Positions 8,349 through 12,793 of a stretch of 12,793 bases of DNA are shown here, one piece after another; within the stretch, counting starts at the first letter, position 1; each line of letters starts with the position of its first letter. The stretch lies in assembly GCA_044345055.1 (NCBI GenBank), contig JBIJBT010000078.1, positions 1 through 12,793 on the forward strand, given 5' to 3'. Source of the stretch: Bdellovibrionota bacterium. GTDB taxonomy: Bacteria > Bdellovibrionota_C > UBA2361 > OMIW01. A model generated the notes under the pieces. It had not been told where the DNA came from, did no database searches, and saw nothing but the letters and a program-made list of their open reading frames with translations. Both the position numbers and the translations under genes were made by a program.

Positions 8349-9236
8349 GTGATTGTTGTAGCTCACATTCTCGTCATAGTTGCAGTGCTCGGTTATTTGA
8401 TTGGGGCGGGATCTGCTGCAATTGTTCTTGCGCGAGGTCAGAGTAGGTGGGGGTTCTTCCTGATTAAGGGAAGTGGAGCGGTCTCTGTTCTGGCTCTCCT
8501 TTTTCTCTCTTGTATGGCGATGGCAGGAAGCCGCGCAGGAATCGAAACAGCAGCACTCTACTACAGTCTATTTTTACTTGTTGTCGAAGGGGGAAGTTGG
8601 CTCGCTAATTTACGCTCTGTACGGGACAGGATGTGGCTCTCCACAGGAGGACTCGCAGCGTTAGTTACGATGAGCGCTCTTTCTCATGTGTCACGGCAGC
8701 CTCTGTCTCCCACTATCGGCGGTGCTCCCCTCGTGGTCTTCGGCCTACATGTTATCTCGGCTGTGATTGCTGAGGGCTGCCTTGCTCTTATAGCAATAGC
8801 TGCGGTTGCATCGGTAGCCGCTGATAAGCGATTGCGCCGAATGCAGCTTCCGCTTCCCGGAGTTGAGGAACCGAGTTTAGTGCGGCTCGATGGTCTCTAT
8901 TGTTGGCTTCTTATTATTGGATTTGCCGCGATTTCAGTTTCGGCGGCCTCGGGTGGAGTATGGGCGCTTATAAGCCACGCGCCGATTGAGGGAGATGCAA
9001 CTCTCTATTTTGCACTTATCTCCTGGGTGTCACTTGGTCTTTTGCTTCACCTCAGATGCGGTCTAGGATTGTCATTGCTCCGAGTTGCACCTATCGTCAG
9101 TATAGGGATTCCTGTGTTGTTTATCGGGTATATCTTGCTCGTAATTTTACGTGGAGAAATCTTTCATCAAAAATTTTTGATGAAAGAAAACGCAGGGAGC
9201 GTTAGGATTGGGAACGAGGAGCGCATCAGTAGATGA
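8349..9236 (+). CDS. CcsA/HemX-like polytopic membrane protein (cytochrome c assembly protein family), divergent
   Basis: About 8 hydrophobic segments; LHV, DKRLR...PSLVRLD...IIGF...SGGVWA...D...ISW...LLHLR...G and a C-terminal His follow the CcsA/HemX layout; sits directly upstream of hemA with an ATGA overlap; GTG start with AGGGGA SD. Confidence 0.75.
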   Translation: MIVVAHILVIVAVLGYLIGAGSAAIVLARGQSRWGFFLIKGSGAVSVLALLFLSCMAMAGSRAGIETAALYYSLFLLVVEGGSWLANLRSVRDRMWLSTGGLAALVTMSALSHVSRQPLSPTIGGAPLVVFGLHVISAVIAEGCLALIAIAAVASVAADKRLRRMQLPLPGVEEPSLVRLDGLYCWLLIIGFAAISVSAASGGVWALISHAPIEGDATLYFALISWVSLGLLLHLRCGLGLSLLRVAPIVSIGIPVLFIGYILLVILRGEIFHQKFLMKENAGSVRIGNEERISR

Positions 9237-10402
9237 GTATGAGATACCCACAAGAGATAGGGGTTATCGGGTGTAGCTACCGAACCCTTCCGATCGCGGG
9301 TCGCGAAGAGCTCGCTCAGTGGCGTCCCGCTGCTGAGGCGTGGTTGCAATCGGCAGTTCGTGGCGGCGAGTTCTCAGAGGCTGCTCTTGTATCAACGTGC
9401 AACCGATTTGAAGTGATCGTGGCTGGCCCGGGGGCGTCTGAATACGCCGCGCACCAACTATCGCAACGTGTTCCCGATACGACCCTCTACCGCTATCAGA
9501 ACCGTGATGCCGTTCGCCATCTCTATCGCGTTGCAGCGAGTCTTGATTCTTTGGTGGTTGGCGAAGCCCAGATTTTAGGGCAGGTCAAGGCTTCATACGA
9601 GCGCGCTCGTGAACTAGGTATCGTGCGTAAATATCTCCATCATCTTTTCCAGGGGGCTTTTTCAACTGCCAAAAAAGTTCGAACCCATACCGAGGTTGCT
9701 GATCACGGAGTATCCATTAGCTATGTTGCGGTTCAACTTGCTCGTCAGATGTTTGGTCCCTTGAGCGAAAGTCGGGTTGCAATTATAGGTAGTGGTGAGG
9801 TTGCAGAGCTGGTAGCACTTCATCTTGGAGCCGCGGGATGCTCCGAGATTATCGTTTCAAATCGAACGATTTCGCGTGCCGCTGAGCTTGCGGCCCGTTT
9901 CGGTGGAAGAGCAGTTCCTCTCGACGAGCTTCCCCGATTAGTAAAAGATGTTGATATTATCGTTGGATCTATAACGATCGATAGGCCTATCCTTGAGGCC
10001 AAAACGATTCGGGATGCACGCCGCACCCGCCCCCTTTTCCTAATTGATCTTGGGGTGCCGAGAAACTTCTCTGAAGCAGTGAGGACCGTTTCTGGTGTTT
10101 ATGTCGCTGGAGTCGATGATCTTGCATCGATCGCCGACAAAAATCGCGCGCTCCGTGAGGAGGCCGCTCTTGAGGCTGGGGTCGTCATCGATTACGGAGT
10201 CCACCAATTTGAGCGGTGGCTCAAACGGGTAGAGGGAGAGCCAACCCTTCTGTCGCTCCGCGATCAGGTCCGCACCATTGTGTCTACGGAGCTAGCCGAA
10301 GCTGGTGTTAGCTCACTAACAGCGGACCGCACAATTCATCGAATAACAGAGCGAATAACTCAAGAATTCCTCGAGAGGTCGGGAGAGGGGGGCGAACGTT
10401 AA
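9233..10402 (+). CDS. hemA: Glutamyl-tRNA reductase
   Basis: VSTCNRFE (catalytic Cys), AVRHLYRVAASLDSLVVGEAQILGQVK, AKKVRTHT, VSISYVAV, IIGSGEVA (NADPH binding), NRT, IDLGVPRN. Confidence 0.97.
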   Translation: MSMRYPQEIGVIGCSYRTLPIAGREELAQWRPAAEAWLQSAVRGGEFSEAALVSTCNRFEVIVAGPGASEYAAHQLSQRVPDTTLYRYQNRDAVRHLYRVAASLDSLVVGEAQILGQVKASYERARELGIVRKYLHHLFQGAFSTAKKVRTHTEVADHGVSISYVAVQLARQMFGPLSESRVAIIGSGEVAELVALHLGAAGCSEIIVSNRTISRAAELAARFGGRAVPLDELPRLVKDVDIIVGSITIDRPILEAKTIRDARRTRPLFLIDLGVPRNFSEAVRTVSGVYVAGVDDLASIADKNRALREEAALEAGVVIDYGVHQFERWLKRVEGEPTLLSLRDQVRTIVSTELAEAGVSSLTADRTIHRITERITQEFLERSGEGGER

Positions 10403-10439
10403 AGTTTGGCTTTTTCGGGTGAAAGGTGGCGTTTAAAAG

Positions 10440-10455
10440 AGTTTTTTAAAAAACT
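10440..10455. repeat. Perfect 16-bp AT-rich palindrome between convergent genes
   Basis: AGTTTTTTAAAAAACT is its own reverse complement; function unknown. Confidence 0.6.
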
Positions 10456-10529
10456 AATTTATTGTGACCTTGTTCTTTTAATGAAAAGTCAAAACCCGCC
10501 TTCCCCTATTCAGCAAAATCGCCGCGCGT

Positions 10530-11342
10530 TCACTGTTTATCCACTGAAGAAATAACCTCTGACCAGTTAACTCGACACGAATCGCGTCGGTATGAGTTAA
10601 TAATTTCCGCCCAGGTCTTGTGAACCTGAGTTGGCCCTCCGAATTCATTTTCAGATTCGGGAAAATCTCCCTCGTATATTCCATCTACAAGAAGAGTGGG
10701 TTCACCTGAAAATTCATCTGCAAGGACAATTTTGCTGCTTTGCGTCCACCAAATCTTCAGGGTCCGCAAAGGCACGAAACGCTCATGCCTCGGGTCAACT
10801 CCGCGGCGGTATCCCTCTGCCAGGTCTTCAAGTTCCCAGCAGGCCGACCCTTCGTCGTAGATGAAAAATACCCGTCCATCGGTAATCCGACAAAAATAGC
10901 CCAAGCCCCGATGTTCGACCTCTTGAATACAGAGCGCCTCCTCTATCTCGAGGATCTCACTATTCTTAACTCCGGATGCAAGATCAGCCCGAATAGGAGC
11001 GTTGCGGAGCTGCTTCCTGCTGCAGTCTCGGATAAAAGAACGAATGATAAAAAAAGAGATAACAGGGATTGAAGCCAGCCAAATAAGACAGACAACTTGA
11101 GAAAGGGCGCGCGAGTTTAGTGGCGTAGAGCTAAATAAGGGGTAAACCCCAACACCTAGGAGGAAGACAAGGCCGGCCGGAATCCCTGCAAGAATGCCGA
11201 AGGCTCCGATGCCTATCGGCAGCATCGCAAGCTCCCTTAAAAGACTGCCGCTGCTAAAAATATATCGCTGCAGGGTGGCGATATCAGATGCAGTGAAAGG
11301 CGCGGTTTCTTTGCTAGCTCCGATACTAGGGTCTGCACTCAT
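10530..11342 (-). CDS. Hypothetical membrane protein (two TM segments followed by a soluble domain)
   Basis: Long ORF with hydrophobic stretches LAMLPIGIGAFGILAGIPAGLVFLLGVGVYPLF and VVCLIWLASIPVISFFII; ATG 11342 is preceded by GGGAG, alternative start GTG 11381. Confidence 0.75.
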   Translation of the reverse strand: MSADPSIGASKETAPFTASDIATLQRYIFSSGSLLRELAMLPIGIGAFGILAGIPAGLVFLLGVGVYPLFSSTPLNSRALSQVVCLIWLASIPVISFFIIRSFIRDCSRKQLRNAPIRADLASGVKNSEILEIEEALCIQEVEHRGLGYFCRITDGRVFFIYDEGSACWELEDLAEGYRRGVDPRHERFVPLRTLKIWWTQSSKIVLADEFSGEPTLLVDGIYEGDFPESENEFGGPTQVHKTWAEIINSYRRDSCRVNWSEVISSVDKQ

Positions 11343-11496
11343 GCCTAGTTGCTCCCTGGTGCTAAAATTGTCGTGAAACACTCTTTACCACTTATTTCTA
11401 GAACCGAGTCTCTATGCTCGACTCTCCCTAGCTTAGAGGAATAGCGGTCTAGGTCAAGGGTAAAAAAACTTTGCTGTCGATAATTGCCTTCTTGCC

Positions 11497-11585
11497 AGTG
11501 CTTAGTTGATAAAAAGTTAATCGTTTTTTTACTGAGCACTAGTTACGGCGGTATCACCACAGTTTTTCGAACCCAAGAGCTGTGG
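11497..11585. terminator. Two stem-loops downstream of the HAD gene (possible terminator or stability elements)
   Basis: AGTGCTTAGT (11497-11506) with ACTGAGCACT (11531-11540), and CCACAGTTTTT with AAGAGCTGTGG (11557-11585); no canonical U-tract on the minus strand. Confidence 0.3.
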
Positions 11586-11597
11586 GTTTCATAGGTT

Positions 11598-12518
11598 TTA
11601 TACCCCAAAACTGAGAGAATCAAAATCGTCCGTTATGCTTTCATGTTTCTTATGTCCCATGTGAATTACCTGGAATGGCTGGTACGGCTCCCCAGCGCGG
11701 AGCGAGCATACGAGGTTCGGCAAAATCCCATTGTCATCCGTCACCGCAAGGATCCTGCCAATATGATTTGAGTGGTAAGGCTGTAGGTTCAAGTCGTGTT
11801 CAACCAAAGATAGGAATGTCTCAATGTTTTGGCGGGATGGCGATGGAGGTTCAGCACCCACGTAATACAGAACATCGATACCCGCTCGCAGTGCTGAGAG
11901 CACACCACTTTTTGAATCTTCAATCGCAATACATTCTTTCGGTGAAATATTACAATTTAGCATCGCATGGAGATATATGTCCGGAGAGGGCTTACGCTGA
12001 CCTCCTGCTCTCATGAAGTCAAAGTTTTGCGCACTGTAGATATCTTCACTCTCGAAGTATTCGTTAACCCTAGCTGCCTTTAAAGATGCAACTAATCGCT
12101 CATCAGCGCTACTTGAAACTATAACGGGACGAAGGCCGAGCCTATTATGGCTCTGAAGAGCAGTGACAGTACCCGGAGTTGGCTCAATCCCATCACGTTC
12201 AAAAGCCTCGATGATTCGTTCCCTTTCAATCTTGCTCCACTTATCAACGAACGCATCGAATGATTCGAGCTGTGATTCGCAATCACTTTTACCGATCCTG
12301 TTAAGGTATTCGGCCAACATATCACAAAATGCAAGGCCGGTATGTGATGAAACAAACTCTTCCGCGTTAACTTCGAAGGTGTATTTGTCGTTTGTCCAAG
12401 CCTCAACTGCTTCCTTAAGAACACTATGACAGATATATAAGGCTGGGCGCTCAGTTTTAAGAAGGGAATTGTCACAGTCCCAAAGCACGACTCTTAAGTC
12501 GGGCTTATGGTAAGTCAC
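11598..12518 (-). CDS. HAD-superfamily phosphatase/hydrolase, subfamily IA (beta-PGM/CbbY-like)
   Basis: Motif I VVLWDCDNSLLKTE, motif II IVSSS, motif III KPSPDIYL, motif IV IAIEDSKSGVLSALRAGI; GTG start. Confidence 0.92.
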   Translation of the reverse strand: MTYHKPDLRVVLWDCDNSLLKTERPALYICHSVLKEAVEAWTNDKYTFEVNAEEFVSSHTGLAFCDMLAEYLNRIGKSDCESQLESFDAFVDKWSKIERERIIEAFERDGIEPTPGTVTALQSHNRLGLRPVIVSSSADERLVASLKAARVNEYFESEDIYSAQNFDFMRAGGQRKPSPDIYLHAMLNCNISPKECIAIEDSKSGVLSALRAGIDVLYYVGAEPPSPSRQNIETFLSLVEHDLNLQPYHSNHIGRILAVTDDNGILPNLVCSLRAGEPYQPFQVIHMGHKKHESITDDFDSLSFGV

Positions 12519-12793
12519 CAGTTCATCTAACTTAATAAGAGCTGCAGCGGTTTTTTTGAAGGATCTTGATTGACTGAGAAGGGGTTCATTACGTCCTTGC
12601 TGTAAACGGCTGATTTAGGGCTGCGGTGAGACACAGCTGCTGTTAAAAAAAGTTCAAATGGATAAATAGTGGTCGCTGAAAAAGCCCATTATTTTGTAAC
12701 TTTCAAACAGCGATTGTCGTAGAAGCGATAATATTCGATTACTAGGCGAAAAAAGTCTCTGAAAAAGTCCAAAAATAGGCGACAAGATAGATT

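Noticed and set aside
777..9313. About 12 GAGCTC palindromes plus frequent CGATCG/CTCGAG
   Set aside because: Irregular spacing, all in coding sequence, and largely explicable by GAG-CTC (Glu-Leu) codon preference; not an array
12744..12783. AAAAAGTC twice and TAGGCGA twice near the window end
   Set aside because: Short, low-complexity repeats in AT-rich DNA at the window edge; not CRISPR-like and cannot be evaluated

Overview
Bacterial chromosomal window of about 48-50% GC, mostly housekeeping genes. Left end, minus strand: a DegT/PglE-type PLP sugar aminotransferase followed by a membrane-anchored PglF/CapD-type UDP-sugar 4,6-dehydratase. The dehydratase (starting at 986) runs off the window edge and is absent from the ORF track. 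A 580-nt divergent intergenic region follows, then a plus-strand run: hypothetical protein, stand-alone FlhB C-terminal (FlhX/YlqH-like) protein, phosphodiester glycosidase (NAGPA-like) protein, inositol monophosphatase (suhB), and a tightly coupled serS-hemE-ccsA/hemX-like-hemA block. Right end, minus strand: a two-TM hypothetical protein and a HAD-family phosphatase. I see no rRNA, tRNA, CRISPR array, transposase, phage or defence gene, and no clear-cut novel system. The best leads are the serS-heme operon (Thermus-type SerRS, CcsA-like protein with an eroded WWD motif, C-terminally shortened HemA), motifs shared by both arms of the divergent promoter region, and an upstream ORF with an A7 slippery run before the HAD gene. 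All assignments come from motif recognition by eye; no searches were run.
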